Shown one piece after another: positions 39,933-51,190 of a stretch of 64,000 bases of DNA. The translations under genes were made by a program, and so were the position numbers. The notes under the pieces were generated by a model that was given only the letters and a program-made list of their open reading frames with translations, was not told the origin of the DNA and did no database searches. Origin of the DNA: Minisyncoccota bacterium (GTDB taxonomy: Bacteria; Patescibacteriota; Minisyncoccia; Phycocordibacterales; UBA2100); NCBI GenBank assembly GCA_035708165.1, contig DASSSZ010000001.1, positions 230,884 to 294,883 of the forward strand, written 5' to 3'. Each line of letters begins with the position of its first letter. Positions within the stretch are counted from its first letter, which is position 1.

Positions 39933-40925
39933 TCAGGCCTCGGGGCCCGCCTGCTCGAGCGCATCCTGCGCCGCCCCGAGCGCGTCGAGGATCGGCTGGA
40001 TGCGCCCGGCCATGATCGCCTCGATATTCGACCAGGACTCCTTGATCCGGTGGTCCGTCACGCGATCCTGCGGGAAGTTATACGTGCGGATCTTCTCCGA
40101 GCGATCGCCCGTGCCGACCTGGCTTTTCCGCTCGCCCGCGCGCTTGGCCGCCTCCTGCTCGTCCTTGAGCACCTGGAGCCGGGAGAGCAGGAGCTGCATC
40201 GCCTTCTCGCGGTTCGCCTGCTGGCTGCGCTCGCTCGTGACCCGCACATCGATTCCGGTCGGGGTGTGCACGAGGCGTACGGCAGTCTCTACCTTGTTCA
40301 CGTTCTGGCCGCCCTTGCCGCCAGCTCGGCTGAACTCCATCTCGATATCCGCCGGGCTCACCTCGACCTTCACCTTCTTATAGACCGGCATGATCGCGAT
40401 GGAAGCGGTCGAGGTGTGGATGCGCCCTTGCTTCTCGGTCGCCGGGATGCGCTGCACGCGGTGCACGCCCGTCTCGAAGCGCAGCGTCTTGTAGCAGTCC
40501 TTGCCTTTCACTTCGTACGATGCCTCCTTGAAGCCGCCGAGCGCCGCCCGCGAATCATCGAGAGCGCGCCACTGCCAGCCGCACGCTTCGCAATACCGCT
40601 CGTACATGAGCGCGAGCTCTTCCGCGAAGAGCGCCGCTTCCTCGCCGCCCACGCCCGCGCGCACCTCGAGCACGAGCTCGTTCGGGAACTCCTGCGTGTC
40701 GTCCTCCTTCACGATGCTGGCGATCTGCTGCATCAGCTGCTCCTTCTGCTGGCCGATCTCGGCAAGCTCCTGCTCCGCGAGCTCGCGCATGGACGGATCG
40801 GCTTCCACGAGCGCGGTCGCGTCGGCCTCCGCCTGCGAGAGGCGCTGCCACTCGGCGACCATGAAGGATACGCGCGGATCATCCGCGTATTCCGAGGGGT
40901 CGATGCTGGTCGTGTCGTCTGCCAT
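39933..40925 (-). CDS. prfA: Peptide chain release factor 1
   Basis: [23 protein letters not shown] (PxT), [17 protein letters not shown]. Confidence 0.96.
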   Translation of the reverse strand: MADDTTSIDPSEYADDPRVSFMVAEWQRLSQAEADATALVEADPSMRELAEQELAEIGQQKEQLMQQIASIVKEDDTQEFPNELVLEVRAGVGGEEAALFAEELALMYERYCEACGWQWRALDDSRAALGGFKEASYEVKGKDCYKTLRFETGVHRVQRIPATEKQGRIHTSTASIAIMPVYKKVKVEVSPADIEMEFSRAGGKGGQNVNKVETAVRLVHTPTGIDVRVTSERSQQANREKAMQLLLSRLQVLKDEQEAAKRAGERKSQVGTGDRSEKIRTYNFPQDRVTDHRIKESWSNIEAIMAGRIQPILDALGAAQDALEQAGPEA

Positions 40926-40937
40926 ACCGTGATGATA

Positions 40938-40973
40938 GCAAACGGGCGCCCCGCATGCGGGGCGCCCGTTTGC
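40938..40973 (-). terminator. Perfect 36-bp GC-rich palindrome after rpmE (probable terminator)
   Basis: gcaaacgggcgccccgcatgcggggcgcccgtttgc. Confidence 0.65.
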
Positions 40974-40980
40974 GAGGGCG

Positions 40981-41247
40981 TTACTTGCCCGCCTTCTTCT
41001 TCGCGGCCTCCTGGCGCGCGCGGAACTTCTCGAGACGGCCGGTGGTGTCCACCGTGCGCGCCTGGCCCGTGTAGAACGGGTGCGAGGCGCTCGAGATCTC
41101 CACCTTGACCAGCGGGTACTCCTTGCCGTCGTCCCACTTCCCCGTCTCCTCGGCACGGACCGTCGAGCCGACCAGGAAGCGTGCGCCGGAGGACGTGTCC
41201 TCGAAGATCACGTCGCGGTAGTCTGCCGGATGGATGTCTGCCTTCAT
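40981..41247 (-). CDS. rpmE2: 50S ribosomal protein L31 type B (Zn-free)
   Basis: [33 protein letters not shown]. Confidence 0.95.
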   Translation of the reverse strand: MKADIHPADYRDVIFEDTSSGARFLVGSTVRAEETGKWDDGKEYPLVKVEISSASHPFYTGQARTVDTTGRLEKFRARQEAAKKKAGK

Positions 41248-41362
41248 ACGCGCCGTACTATACCCGAATCCCCCTGCTGCCGCAAGGCACGGCAGCGCGG
41301 CTTCAGGACGAGGAGAACGACGGCGCGGTGCGGACAAGGCATCGCCGCTCGATCCGCTCGTG

Positions 41363-42736
41363 CTACGCCCCGTTCAGGATATCGATCTGCTTCTGCAGCC
41401 GCGCCATGATATCCATCACGTCATCGCCGTAGAAGGCGTACGCCGGCTTGTTCGCGTTGCCCCACCCGGCGAAGTAGCGCAGCGCCGCCAGGCGCTCGGC
41501 CGAGTACGTCCCGGCGCCGGCGCCGTTATCCATCATGAGGATGGCCGCAGCGAAGATGGCCGTGCGCGCATCCCACGGGTTGGCCGGCGAGACGCCAGTC
41601 ATCGCGGAGATGCGGTCCTCGTAGAGCACCCACGTGGACGGGATGAACTGCGCCGGGCCCATCGCGCCGCCGTACCCGTATCCTGGCGGGCATGAGACGA
41701 CCATGCTATACGGGTCGAGCCCGAGCGACGCGGTGATATCCATGAACGGATCCACGTCGCGGCTCCCCTTCATCACCTGCGAGAAATGCGTACCGGTGTT
41801 CTTGCCGATCCCATCGCCCTTGTTCGGCGTGTTGGTGAGGAGGCACTGGCCGACGTTCTCGCCGAGGTTCGTCTCCTGCGTGAGGATCGCGAGCGTGAGC
41901 GCGGCCGGGACGCCCGTCTTCGCCTCGGCTTGCTTGGCGTACTGATAGGCATCACCGAACTGGATCGCGGCCGAATCGCGGATCGCGAAGAGCGCGGAGC
42001 GGATCTGCGATGCTGTCTGCTGCTGGTTCGCGATGATGTTCTGGTATGCGGCTTCCTGGCCCTTGGTCTCGTCGAGCAGCTGCTGCTTCTTATTCTCCTG
42101 GCTCTTGATGGTCTGTTGCTGCAGTAACGAGACCTGCCGCAGCTGCTCCTGCTCTTCCTGCTGGCTCTCGAGTGCGGCCTTGCTCTGCGTCAGGTCGTCC
42201 TTGAGCGCTGCCATTTGGTCGAAGGAGGTTCCGAGGGCGCTCTGGAGCGCCTCGTACGAGTCGAGGTCCTGGAAGAAATCCGAGAAGGTCCCGGAGAGCG
42301 CGAGCTCAATGAGGGATGTGTCATCGCTCTCGTTGGTGAGCCGGATCAGCTGCGCCAGGCTCGCCTGCCCTGCGGCGACCTTGTCATCGAGGACGCCGAT
42401 CGAGTCCTCCTTCTGGCCGATCTGGCCCTCGATCTGCTGGATCGTGAGGTTGCGCGCCTGGATATCGAGCTGGTTCTTCTTGATCTGCGCATCGAGGATG
42501 TCGATATCGTTCTGGAGCGACTCTCCTTCGGCCTCTTTCTGCGTGAGCAGCTTCTGCTGCTGCGCGATCTGGGCTTCGATCTGATCGAGCTGCTGCTGAA
42601 GCGCCGCTCGCTGCGCCTCGGTCGTCGGCGCCGTGACAGCGAGCGCGAGCGTCGGAGCGCATGCGAGCAAGGCGATGGCGGCCCCAGAGGCCGCTTTGAT
42701 GATCGAGACGCGCATGCCACGCACCGCTTCAGGCAT
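41363..42736 (-). CDS. Secreted coiled-coil protein with C-terminal lytic murein transglycosylase domain
   Basis: Signal peptide; long Gln/Glu coiled coil; [10 protein letters not shown]; [14 protein letters not shown]. Confidence 0.88.
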   Translation of the reverse strand: MPEAVRGMRVSIIKAASGAAIALLACAPTLALAVTAPTTEAQRAALQQQLDQIEAQIAQQQKLLTQKEAEGESLQNDIDILDAQIKKNQLDIQARNLTIQQIEGQIGQKEDSIGVLDDKVAAGQASLAQLIRLTNESDDTSLIELALSGTFSDFFQDLDSYEALQSALGTSFDQMAALKDDLTQSKAALESQQEEQEQLRQVSLLQQQTIKSQENKKQQLLDETKGQEAAYQNIIANQQQTASQIRSALFAIRDSAAIQFGDAYQYAKQAEAKTGVPAALTLAILTQETNLGENVGQCLLTNTPNKGDGIGKNTGTHFSQVMKGSRDVDPFMDITASLGLDPYSMVVSCPPGYGYGGAMGPAQFIPSTWVLYEDRISAMTGVSPANPWDARTAIFAAAILMMDNGAGAGTYSAERLAALRYFAGWGNANKPAYAFYGDDVMDIMARLQKQIDILNGA

Positions 42737-42831
42737 GCGTGACAGTATACCATTGCCATCGGCGGCTCCGTCGCGCATCGTCATGCTTCCATGCAGACGC
42801 GGGACGAGCCGATCCGTTACGCATCCCATGC

Positions 42832-42861
42832 AAAAGGCCCGGCGCAAGCCGGGCCTCCTTT
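42832..42861 (-). terminator. Intrinsic terminator after rplY
   Basis: aggcccggc-ttgc-gccgggcc-tttt on the minus strand. Confidence 0.7.
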
Positions 42862-42875
42862 CTGCATCAGAAATG

Positions 42876-43496
42876 CTACTGCGCAGCCGTATCGCCCGCT
42901 GCCGGTGCGGCAGCTGCCTCGCCCTCTGCCGGAGCTGCCTCTTCCGCCGGCTCCTCCTCCTGCTCGGCGATCGTCACGACCGTCTCGTCCGGGTCGATCA
43001 TGAGCTCTGCGGACGCCGGGAGCGCGATGTGGCTGACGGCGATATGATCGCCGATCTGCTCGAGCGTGCCGAGATCCACTGCGAAGTGCTGCGGCAGCTC
43101 CGCGGCGGAGACCTTGATCGGGAGCTCGTGGAGCACCTTCACGACGACGCCGCCCAGCTTCTCGGCCGGAGCCGTGCCGGTGAATTCGATCGGAATCGCC
43201 ACTTCGAGCTTGCGCGTCACGTCGATCGCATAGAAATCGATATGGAGGACCTTCCCGGAGACGGGGTGCGTCGCCACATCATGGATGAGCACCTCCTTGT
43301 TCTTCTCGGCGCCGGTCAGGGTGACGATAGTCGTCTCGCCGGCATCCTTCCATACCTTCGCGAACTCGGCGGCGTCCACCGCGATCGGCGTGGACTCCTC
43401 CTTGGGACCGTAGAAGACAGCAGGGACCGAGCCGGCCGCGCGCATCGCGTCCGGATCCTGCTTCGTATCTCGTGCTGTCACTGCAAGCGTCAACAT
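42876..43496 (-). CDS. rplY: 50S ribosomal protein L25/Ctc
   Basis: VPAVFYG, HPVSGKVLHIDFY, acidic tail. Confidence 0.95.
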   Translation of the reverse strand: MLTLAVTARDTKQDPDAMRAAGSVPAVFYGPKEESTPIAVDAAEFAKVWKDAGETTIVTLTGAEKNKEVLIHDVATHPVSGKVLHIDFYAIDVTRKLEVAIPIEFTGTAPAEKLGGVVVKVLHELPIKVSAAELPQHFAVDLGTLEQIGDHIAVSHIALPASAELMIDPDETVVTIAEQEEEPAEEAAPAEGEAAAAPAAGDTAAQ

Positions 43497-43550
43497 GGCG
43501 GGAAGTATACCCGAGAAGGGCCGTTTTGCAACCTGATCCTCCGCGCTTCG

Positions 43551-44522
43551 CTATGCGGCGACCGCGTTCGGCGCCTCAGCGCCCGAGAGGACGGCGAGCA
43601 CGTTCTTCGCCGCGATATCCGCCATCGCGCTCCTCGTCCCTTCCGAGGCGGAGCATAGGTGCGGCGTCAGCACCGCGTTCTCGCAGGCCGCGAGGCCAGG
43701 GGCGAGCGCAGGCTCGTGCTCGTAGACGTCGAGCGCCGCTCCCTTGATCGTGCCATCCGTGAGCGCGGTGACGAGCGCCGCCTCGTCCACCACCGGGCCG
43801 CGCGACGCATTGATGAGGAAGGCCGATGGCTTCATCATATGCAGGCGCTCGGCATTCATGAGGTGATGCGTGGAGTCGAGGAGCGGCACGTGGAGCGTCA
43901 CCGCATCGCACTGCGGCAGCAGCGCCTCGATCGAGTCATCGAATACGGCGCCGGTCGCCGCTTCGAAGTCCTCATTCCGCTTGATATCGGTATAGCGGAT
44001 CTTCATGCCGAGCCCCTTCGCCGCGATCTCGCCCACGCGGGCGCCGATGCGTCCTGCGCCTGCGATCCCGAGCGTCGCGCCCTTCATATCCGTGCCGAGG
44101 AGCAGCATCGGCGCCCAGCCGTCGTACTTGCCGGCACGGACGAAGCGATCGCCCTCCGCGATGCGCGAGGTGAGGGAGAGCAGGAGCGCGACCACGTGCT
44201 CAGCGACGGTATCGGTGAGGACGCCCGGCGTGTTGGTGACGATGACGCCGGCAGCCTTCGCGGCTGCGACGTCTATGTTGTTGTAGCCCACGGCATAGTT
44301 CGCACAGATCTTGAGCGACGGAGCCGCCGCGAAGACGCTCGCGTCGATCGTGTCGGTGAGCTGGCTGATGATCGCTTCGGGCGCATGCTCCGCGAGCGCA
44401 GCAAGGAGCTCCTCATGCGTGAGGACGCGATCATCAGGATTCGTAATGACGGCGTGTCCGGCTGCCGTGAGCTCCTGCTCGGCCGGCTCGGGGATTCGAC
44501 GGGTGACGTAGATGGTTGCCAT
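43551..44522 (-). CDS. D-2-hydroxyacid dehydrogenase (glyoxylate reductase/D-glycerate dehydrogenase family)
   Basis: AVGYNNID, NTPGVLT, GAGRIG, INASRGPVVDE, LDVYEHEP, LTPH. Confidence 0.93.
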   Translation of the reverse strand: MATIYVTRRIPEPAEQELTAAGHAVITNPDDRVLTHEELLAALAEHAPEAIISQLTDTIDASVFAAAPSLKICANYAVGYNNIDVAAAKAAGVIVTNTPGVLTDTVAEHVVALLLSLTSRIAEGDRFVRAGKYDGWAPMLLLGTDMKGATLGIAGAGRIGARVGEIAAKGLGMKIRYTDIKRNEDFEAATGAVFDDSIEALLPQCDAVTLHVPLLDSTHHLMNAERLHMMKPSAFLINASRGPVVDEAALVTALTDGTIKGAALDVYEHEPALAPGLAACENAVLTPHLCSASEGTRSAMADIAAKNVLAVLSGAEAPNAVAA

Positions 44523-44545
44523 GACGTGTGTGGTGTATGGATCTG

Positions 44546-45418
44546 TTATGCCGCTTTCCCGGCGAAGAGCGCGAGGCGCTTGCGCACGACCTCCTTCATC
44601 TGGTCGCGACCATGATCGAGATAGCGGTACGGAGCGATCTCATCAGCATCCGCTGCGAGCCCCGCCTCGATACCCTTGCGGTACGCGACGCGGATCTCAG
44701 TATTGATGTGCACGAGGTTCATGCCGGCCTTGATCGCCCCGGTGAAGTCCTCGTCCTCGATGCCCGAGCCGCCGTGCAGGACGAGCGGCGTATGCGGCAG
44801 GGCCGCACGGATCTCGGCGATGAGGTCGATATGCAGGCGCGGGTTTGGCTGGTTCTTCAGCATGCCGTGTACGTTGCCGACGGCCGGCGCGAGTGCCGTA
44901 ACGCCCGTCTCCTCCACGAAGCGCTGAGCATCGTCGGCGCTCGGGAGCGCCGCGGCAAGCACATCCTCCGGGATGGAATCGAGCAGCTTGCTCGAGGTGC
45001 CGATATAGCCGAGCTCGCCTTCTATCATCACATCGCGGCCGGATGCATTCGCGTATGCGACCACTTCGCGCGTCTGCGCGATGCGCTCATCCTCGGTAAG
45101 CTTCGTGCAATCGATGATTACCGAATCGAAGCCGGCATCGATCGCCTCCTTGCAGCCCTCGACCGAATGCGTGTGGTCGGCATTGAGGTAGACTGCTTTC
45201 CCCTGCGCCCGCTCAGAGGCGACGAGCGCGGCGACTTCAGGGACGCCGAGGAACGTGCGTTCCCCTTCCGAGACGCCGAGCACCACCGGGAGCTCGAGCT
45301 CCTGCGCCACGTCCACAATCGCGTGGAGCTGGGTCGAATCGGAGATATTGAAATGGCCGAGCGCGATCTTCTGCTCGGCTGCCGCTGCTAATGCCTCTCG
45401 AAGCGTGTGCATAGCCAT
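44546..45418 (-). CDS. fba: Class II fructose-bisphosphate aldolase
   Basis: HFN, LNADH, EGELG, AVGNVHG, LVLHGGSG. Confidence 0.92.
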   Translation of the reverse strand: MAMHTLREALAAAAEQKIALGHFNISDSTQLHAIVDVAQELELPVVLGVSEGERTFLGVPEVAALVASERAQGKAVYLNADHTHSVEGCKEAIDAGFDSVIIDCTKLTEDERIAQTREVVAYANASGRDVMIEGELGYIGTSSKLLDSIPEDVLAAALPSADDAQRFVEETGVTALAPAVGNVHGMLKNQPNPRLHIDLIAEIRAALPHTPLVLHGGSGIEDEDFTGAIKAGMNLVHINTEIRVAYRKGIEAGLAADADEIAPYRYLDHGRDQMKEVVRKRLALFAGKAA

Positions 45419-45495
45419 ATACGAGCATGCTAGCGCGCACGCAGGCCAGTGCCTGTGGATAACGCAAGCTGCGTGCGGTGCTACGCTACTCCCAT

Positions 45496-46491
45496 ATGGC
45501 TCATTATGATTTCGTCTCAATCGGAGACATTACCACGGACGCGTTCATCGAGCTCGAGGATGTACGCGTGGATTGCGATAGCAATAACGAGAATTGCCGG
45601 CTTTCGATGAATTTCGGCGATAAGATCCCCTACAAGTCGGTCACTGAGGTCCGCGCCGTCGGCAACAGCCCGAATGCGGCCGTCGCAGCGCACCGGCTCG
45701 GGCTCGCGACCGCTCTCATCAGCGATATCGGCGATGATCGCGGCGGACAGGACTGCCTCGATCAGCTGCGGACCGAAGGCCTCTCGACCGAATTCGTGAA
45801 AGTGCACCAGGGCAAGATCACTAATTACCACTACGTCCTGCGCTACCAGGCCGAGCGCACGATCCTCATCAAGCACGAGGAGTACCCGTACGCCCTGCCG
45901 TCATTCTCGGAGGCGCCCGGATGGCTCTATCTCTCCTCGATGGGCCCATCATCGCTTCCGTTCCATGACGAGATCGCGGCGTTCCTCGACGTGAATCCGG
46001 ACACGAAGCTCGCCTTCCAGCCTGGCACGTTCCAGATGGAGATGGGCAAGGAGCGGATGGCGAAGATGTATGCGCACGCGGAGCTCACGATCTGCAACAA
46101 GGAGGAATCGCAACGGATCCTCGGGAGCGCATCGGACGATATCACGGAGCTCCTGGTCGGCATGCATGCGCTCGGGTCGCGCCAGGTCGTGATCACCGAT
46201 GGCCCGAACGGCGGCTACGCCTCGGATGGCACGCATGCGTGGGCCATCCCCATGTACCCGGATCCAGCGCCGCCGGTGGATCGCACAGGCGCCGGCGACG
46301 CGACGGCAAGCACCACCGCAGCGTATCTTGCACACGGGCTCTCGCTCCCGGAAGCGCTCAAGCGCGGCATGGTCAATTCCATGTCGGTCGTGCAGCACAT
46401 CGGCGCGCAGGAAGGATTGCTCTCGGCCGAGCAGATCGACGACTATCTCGCCAAGGCGCCGGCTGATTTCGCCGCGACGCCGCTCGCGTAA
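45496..46491 (+). CDS. PfkB-family carbohydrate kinase
   Basis: GNSPNAAVA, VITDGPNG, DRTGAGDA. Confidence 0.92.
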   Translation: MAHYDFVSIGDITTDAFIELEDVRVDCDSNNENCRLSMNFGDKIPYKSVTEVRAVGNSPNAAVAAHRLGLATALISDIGDDRGGQDCLDQLRTEGLSTEFVKVHQGKITNYHYVLRYQAERTILIKHEEYPYALPSFSEAPGWLYLSSMGPSSLPFHDEIAAFLDVNPDTKLAFQPGTFQMEMGKERMAKMYAHAELTICNKEESQRILGSASDDITELLVGMHALGSRQVVITDGPNGGYASDGTHAWAIPMYPDPAPPVDRTGAGDATASTTAAYLAHGLSLPEALKRGMVNSMSVVQHIGAQEGLLSAEQIDDYLAKAPADFAATPLA

Positions 46492-46510
46492 GCCGCACTG
46501 CGGCAAACGG

Positions 46511-46537
46511 AAAGCCGGGCGTATTCGCCCGGCTTCT
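46511..46537. terminator. Hairpin between convergent genes
   Basis: aagccgggcg-tatt-cgcccggctt. Confidence 0.7.
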
Positions 46538-46560
46538 GGTGTGCGGTCTCTTTCTCTTGC

Positions 46561-47001
46561 TCAGCTCTCTGGGCAGCCGAAGTCATGGCCGCCCACGCGA
46601 TGCACGCGGCGCATGTACCGTTGCCTGCTCGTCGCGAAATACTGGATGCAGGAAGCCCACCCTGGGACATCGAGCCGATGCTCGTACGCGGCTTCTGCAA
46701 CCCGCCAGATCTGCGGTGCGATGAGGTGCGTCGGCACGCCATGGAAGCCAGTGAACTGGTCGGGCTGATACACCACGCCGCAAGGCGTTTCCGGCCAGTC
46801 GCCATCCTCCGAACGGTTCACGATGACTTTCGCGACCAGCCGCTGTCCCATCAGCGGTTCGCCGCGCGCCTCATGGTAGATAGCCTGCGCGATGCAGGAT
46901 ATTTGCGCTTGCGCGCTATGATTTGCCGAGCTCGCATTTGCTGTCGTTGCCGGAAGCAACATCGTGGCAGCACATGCGAATAGACAAAGAAGAGATTTCA
47001 C
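46561..47001 (-). CDS. Secreted cell-wall hydrolase (SleB/Hydrolase_2 family)
   Basis: CIAQAIYHEARGE..VIVNR..VVYQPDQF..GGHDF. Confidence 0.88.
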   Translation of the reverse strand: MKSLLCLFACAATMLLPATTANASSANHSAQAQISCIAQAIYHEARGEPLMGQRLVAKVIVNRSEDGDWPETPCGVVYQPDQFTGFHGVPTHLIAPQIWRVAEAAYEHRLDVPGWASCIQYFATSRQRYMRRVHRVGGHDFGCPES

Positions 47002-47128
47002 TCAAGAACTCCTGGATCGTTGCGATAGGTATGCCGCGCGTACGCGGCACGAGTTTCCTCGTCGAGCCTCCGATTTGGAATATACAACACGGATCAGATT
47101 CGTGCAAGGGTCTCCATGAAGCCTTTAG

Positions 47129-47302
47129 CTACCCCATGAGACCGCTCTCCTCGATGGCCGATTCGGTCGGATCCTGGATGCCGGCCGCTCGCACGATCAG
47201 CGTGGCAGCGAAGTAACCAAGGGCTGCGACCAGCACGAGGGAGAGCACTGCGTTCACATGGCTCTTCAAGAGCCCGGAAAGGAGGTACTTCTCAATGCGC
47301 AT
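47129..47302 (-). CDS. Small membrane protein (57 aa)
   Basis: One TM helix; extended -10 box 7 nt before ATG. Confidence 0.55.
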   Translation of the reverse strand: MRIEKYLLSGLLKSHVNAVLSLVLVAALGYFAATLIVRAAGIQDPTESAIEESGLMG

Positions 47303-47358
47303 GCCCACAATCGTAGCATGCTGCTTCGCCTCGGACTCTGAGGAGGAGCGCCGCGACT

Positions 47359-47601
47359 TTAGAGAGCGGCATCTCGCTGCGCGAGCGCGAAGCGCGGGAC
47401 CGTGATACCGCTGCCTTTCGGCCACTCCACCATCTCCTCGAACATCGAAAGCGGCCTGATCCAGACGCGCGATTCAGGGTTCTCGTACTGCGCCTCGTAG
47501 ACGACCATCGGCTCCAGGGTCTCGGAGTGCTTCCCGAGCGCGATGATGCGGTACAGGTTGCCCGTCTTGTAGTGCCGATACCGCTGCCCTGCCTCGACCA
47601 T
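47359..47601 (-). CDS. DUF1653 family protein
   Basis: YRHYKTGNLY..HSET.E.MVVY..WIRP..MF. Confidence 0.88.
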   Translation of the reverse strand: MVEAGQRYRHYKTGNLYRIIALGKHSETLEPMVVYEAQYENPESRVWIRPLSMFEEMVEWPKGSGITVPRFALAQRDAAL

Positions 47602-47603
47602 AC

Positions 47604-48590
47604 CTATTTCCGCACGATGACCTTCCGCGCGGCCGTGACGATGTGCGGCGTATCCATACCGTAGTGCGCGATGAGCTCGTCCGGCTTGCCCGACTGCCCG
47701 AAGACGTCATGCACGCCGACGAACTCGACGGGGACTGGGTGCTCGCGCGCGAGGAGCTCGGCGACCGCACTGCCCATGCCCCCCATGATCTGGTGCTCCT
47801 CCACCGTGACGACCGCGCCTGCTTTCTTCGCCGCCGCAAGCACGGCTGCCTCATCCATAGGCTTGATCGTGTGATTATTCAGCACGAGCGAGCGGATGCC
47901 GCTCTCCTCGAGCTCGGATGCAGCACGGAGCGCGTGGTGCGCCAAGGCACCCGTCGTGATGATCGCGACCTGCGGGGCCGCGTCATCCCAGAGCGTGATC
48001 GCCTTCCCGATTTCGAAGGGCGTCTCGGGCGTGGTGAAGACCGGAGTCTTCTCGCGGCCGAAGCGCAGGTAGATGGGCTTCCCGAACGCTGCCGCGGCCA
48101 GCGTGGCCTTGCGCGCCTCTTCCGCATCGGCAGGGGCGACGACCGTCATGTTCGGCAGCATCCGCATGAGCCCGATATCCTCGAGCATCTGGTGCGTCGC
48201 GCCGTCTGGCCCCACCGAGACGCCGGCGTGGCATCCCGCGATGATGACCGGCTGCTGGTTGAGCGCGATCGTCGTGCGCACCTGCTCGTAATTGCGCCCG
48301 GGATTGAATGCCGCATAGCTCGCGATGAACGGGACCTTGCCGGCAGCAGCCAGGCCGCTGCCGAGGCCTGCCATGTGCTGCTCGGTGATGCCTGCCTCGA
48401 TGAAGCGGTCGGGGTAGGCTTCCTTGAACTTGTCCGTGCGCGTGGATTCGGTGAGATCGGCGCAGACCACCATCACGCGCTCATCGTCCTTCCCCGCGTC
48501 GAGCACGCCCGTCCCGAAGCCGTCGCGCGTGGCGGCTTCTTCCGCGGGCTGCTCCCAATCTTCTCTCAAATGCGCGTCAGGGTTGATCAT
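47604..48590 (-). CDS. Transketolase, C-terminal subunit
   Basis: ADL..ST, GITEQHM, GPDGATHQ, EEH. Confidence 0.95.
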   Translation of the reverse strand: MINPDAHLREDWEQPAEEAATRDGFGTGVLDAGKDDERVMVVCADLTESTRTDKFKEAYPDRFIEAGITEQHMAGLGSGLAAAGKVPFIASYAAFNPGRNYEQVRTTIALNQQPVIIAGCHAGVSVGPDGATHQMLEDIGLMRMLPNMTVVAPADAEEARKATLAAAAFGKPIYLRFGREKTPVFTTPETPFEIGKAITLWDDAAPQVAIITTGALAHHALRAASELEESGIRSLVLNNHTIKPMDEAAVLAAAKKAGAVVTVEEHQIMGGMGSAVAELLAREHPVPVEFVGVHDVFGQSGKPDELIAHYGMDTPHIVTAARKVIVRK

Positions 48591-49012
48591 AGGCTCATGA
48601 GCGAGAGGCCGGTCTCGTCATCGAAGCGGCGCTCGACCGGTTCGGCATCCGGCACGAGGCTCACCTCGAGCGTGACGGCGACCGTCGCCTCCTTGAGATG
48701 GCCGCCCGCGCACGCGAGCGTCTCGTCGCCTGCCGAGAGGACCGTATGGATATGGAGGGTGGGTGCGCCCTCGGCAACCGCGATCGTGCCGTTCATGGAG
48801 GCGACTTCGCGGGTGCCCGCGATCGGGAAGAAGAAGTACTGGCGCTTCGCAAGGTCGTAGTAGCCGAGCTCGGCGTCCATGATCGCGCCGATTGCGCAGA
48901 GCGTTCCGCTGCCGATCCCGCGCTCCGCGCAGAAGCGCGTGAGCGTCTCGATCACCTTCTCGCCGCGCGCAAGGCGGATGAGAAAGCCGTTGCTCGTCTC
49001 TCGTGATTGCAT
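48587..49012 (-). CDS. PPC/DUF296 domain protein
   Basis: AIGA, EVASMNG, LHIH, GGHL. Confidence 0.9.
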   Translation of the reverse strand: MQSRETSNGFLIRLARGEKVIETLTRFCAERGIGSGTLCAIGAIMDAELGYYDLAKRQYFFFPIAGTREVASMNGTIAVAEGAPTLHIHTVLSAGDETLACAGGHLKEATVAVTLEVSLVPDAEPVERRFDDETGLSLMSL

Positions 49013-49018
49013 GGCTGC

Positions 49019-49885
49019 TTATTGATGTTCGCTGGTAATCTTCCCGTTGAGCGTCCGCAATTCCGCAAGGAATCGCTTCCCCTCCTCTTCCGTCGGCGGC
49101 TTGCCGTGCCATTCGTACTTGCGCTCGATCTCGGGGATCCCCTTGCCAGGGATCGTGTGAGCGATGATCACGCTCGGCTTCTCGTAGACGGCCTGCGCCT
49201 CGCCGATCGCCTCCACGAACTGCCGCACGTCGTGCCCGTCCACTTCCTGCACATGCCAGTTGAAAGCCTCGTATTTCGCACGGAGCGATTCGAGCGGCAT
49301 GACATTCTCGGTGAAGCCGTCGATCTGGATGTTATTGCGATCGATGACGACGATCAGGTTCGCGAGACGGCTCCCCTGCTTGCCTGCCCAGAGGAACGAT
49401 TCCCAGACGATCCCTTCGTCCTGCTCGCCATCGCCCATGACGCAGTAGACGAACGAGCGCTTCGCATCGAGATTGAGCGCGTACGCGATGCCGGCGGCTT
49501 GCGAGAGCCCCTCGCCCAAGGGGCCCGAGGTCGTCTCGAGGCCGGGGAGCTTCAGCCGCTCAGGGTGCCCCTGCAAACGGCTGCCGAGGTGACGCAGCGT
49601 CATGCATTCGGCGACCGGAAAGTAGCCTGCGTGCGCCATCGCCGCGTAGCGCACCGGGACGATGTGGCCGTTGCTGAGGATCAGGCGATCGCGCTCGGGC
49701 CAATCGGGATCCTTCGGGTCATGGCGCAGGATATGGAAATAGAACGCGGCGAAGATATCCGCCATCCCCATGGGGCCGGCCGTGTGCCCGGATCCGGCCG
49801 CGACGAGCATCTCGATGATGGTCTCGCGGATCGCTTCCGCCTTCCCGGCGATAGCGGCGATACGCTCATCAGTCAGCGGCTGCAT
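49019..49885 (-). CDS. Transketolase, N-terminal subunit
   Basis: GSGH, DRLILSNGH, LQGHP, GDGEQDEG (TPP motif). Confidence 0.95.
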   Translation of the reverse strand: MQPLTDERIAAIAGKAEAIRETIIEMLVAAGSGHTAGPMGMADIFAAFYFHILRHDPKDPDWPERDRLILSNGHIVPVRYAAMAHAGYFPVAECMTLRHLGSRLQGHPERLKLPGLETTSGPLGEGLSQAAGIAYALNLDAKRSFVYCVMGDGEQDEGIVWESFLWAGKQGSRLANLIVVIDRNNIQIDGFTENVMPLESLRAKYEAFNWHVQEVDGHDVRQFVEAIGEAQAVYEKPSVIIAHTIPGKGIPEIERKYEWHGKPPTEEEGKRFLAELRTLNGKITSEHQ

Positions 49886-49908
49886 GATCCGATTCTAGCA
49901 CACGCGGG

Positions 49909-50397
49909 CTAGAGCGATTCGCAGCTCGGCCAGTCGTAGCTCTGGATCGCGGAGTTCTCCACCGCGCTCGCTATGCCCGAGAGGTAGATGCAGTAGGTCG
50001 CTGCTTCCTCGTCGTACATCGCGAGGAAATAGCCGGCATGGACGTCCTTCGTGCCGTAGAGGTAGGGGTTGGCCGTGGCCGGCGTGGGATCCTCTGGGAG
50101 CGTCGTGGCGTACTTCGGCGTCATTTCCGACATGCCCGAGACGAGGTACGATCCCGGCTGCGGCGGGTAGGCGTTGTGGTCGGTCGCATAGAGCTCGAGC
50201 GCCTTCTGGAAATCGCGCATCGAGGCGAACCGGCTCGCGTCGCGCGCTTTCATGCGCGCGCTATCGAGCGATGCAAGCACGACGGCCGAAAGGATGCCGA
50301 TGATCGCGATGACGACGAGAAGCTCGATGAGCGTGAAGCCCCGCACCCTTCCTTGAGCCTGCAGCGGACCACGGTGAGAAGTATGAGTGATGTGCAT
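49909..50397 (-). CDS. Type IV pilin-like protein
   Basis: [26 protein letters not shown]-methylation motif. Confidence 0.9.
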   Translation of the reverse strand: MHITHTSHRGPLQAQGRVRGFTLIELLVVIAIIGILSAVVLASLDSARMKARDASRFASMRDFQKALELYATDHNAYPPQPGSYLVSGMSEMTPKYATTLPEDPTPATANPYLYGTKDVHAGYFLAMYDEEAATYCIYLSGIASAVENSAIQSYDWPSCESL

Positions 50398-50452
50398 AGC
50401 AGCGCTGCCTATACAGGCAGTGTACGGTGCGCCGTGCTGGCCGACAACGTGG

Positions 50453-51190
50453 TTATCCACCGCGCGGCATGTTCGCAGCGCGCTTGAGCTGACGGTACGC
50501 GAGCGGAAGATTGTCCGTGCGGAAGAGAGCCGAGCCGATGATGAATCGGGTCGCCTCCGTCAGCGCGAGGAGCTCGAGCGAGGTGAGGTTCACGCCGCCA
50601 TCCACTGAGATCGGCAGGCCCGGGTATGCAGCATGCACTTCCGCGATGCGTTCGATCGCCCGGCGATCGAACGCTTCCCCTTGGCGGCCGATCGTCGTGA
50701 TTCCCATTATCTGGATGACGCTGAGCTCCGCAGCGTATGGCTCGATTACCGAGACCGGCGTATCGGGCATGAGCGAGATGCCGATCTCCGCAGCGCCCGC
50801 CTCGCGCCAGCGCGCGAAGATGCCGGGCGTCTCTGCCGGCTTGAGCGTGAGCGCGTGCGGGATGAGGCGTTTGACGCCCGCCTTCGCGAGTAATGCCCCG
50901 ACCCGCTCCGGTTCGGCGACCATCAGGTGCGCCTCATAGGAGACGCTGTCGCCGTACGGCAGCTCCCACGAAAGCGGTCCGTGAGCCGCGAGCTTCTCGA
51001 GCTCGGCCCACTGCCCATCCTCGTACGGCCAGCCCGTGCTGCCCACGAAGCGGCCATCCATCACGTCGAGCTGCACCCATGGCGCGATGTCGTGCACGAG
51101 GTCGACCAGCCCTTCGATATCGCTGAACCGCTCGCCCATGATGGACGGGATGATCAGCTTCTCTCCGTTCGTGAGGTCCGTGTCACTCAT
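50453..51190 (-). CDS. rpe: Ribulose-phosphate 3-epimerase
   Basis: [32 protein letters not shown]. Confidence 0.9.
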   Translation of the reverse strand: MSDTDLTNGEKLIIPSIMGERFSDIEGLVDLVHDIAPWVQLDVMDGRFVGSTGWPYEDGQWAELEKLAAHGPLSWELPYGDSVSYEAHLMVAEPERVGALLAKAGVKRLIPHALTLKPAETPGIFARWREAGAAEIGISLMPDTPVSVIEPYAAELSVIQIMGITTIGRQGEAFDRRAIERIAEVHAAYPGLPISVDGGVNLTSLELLALTEATRFIIGSALFRTDNLPLAYRQLKRAANMPRGG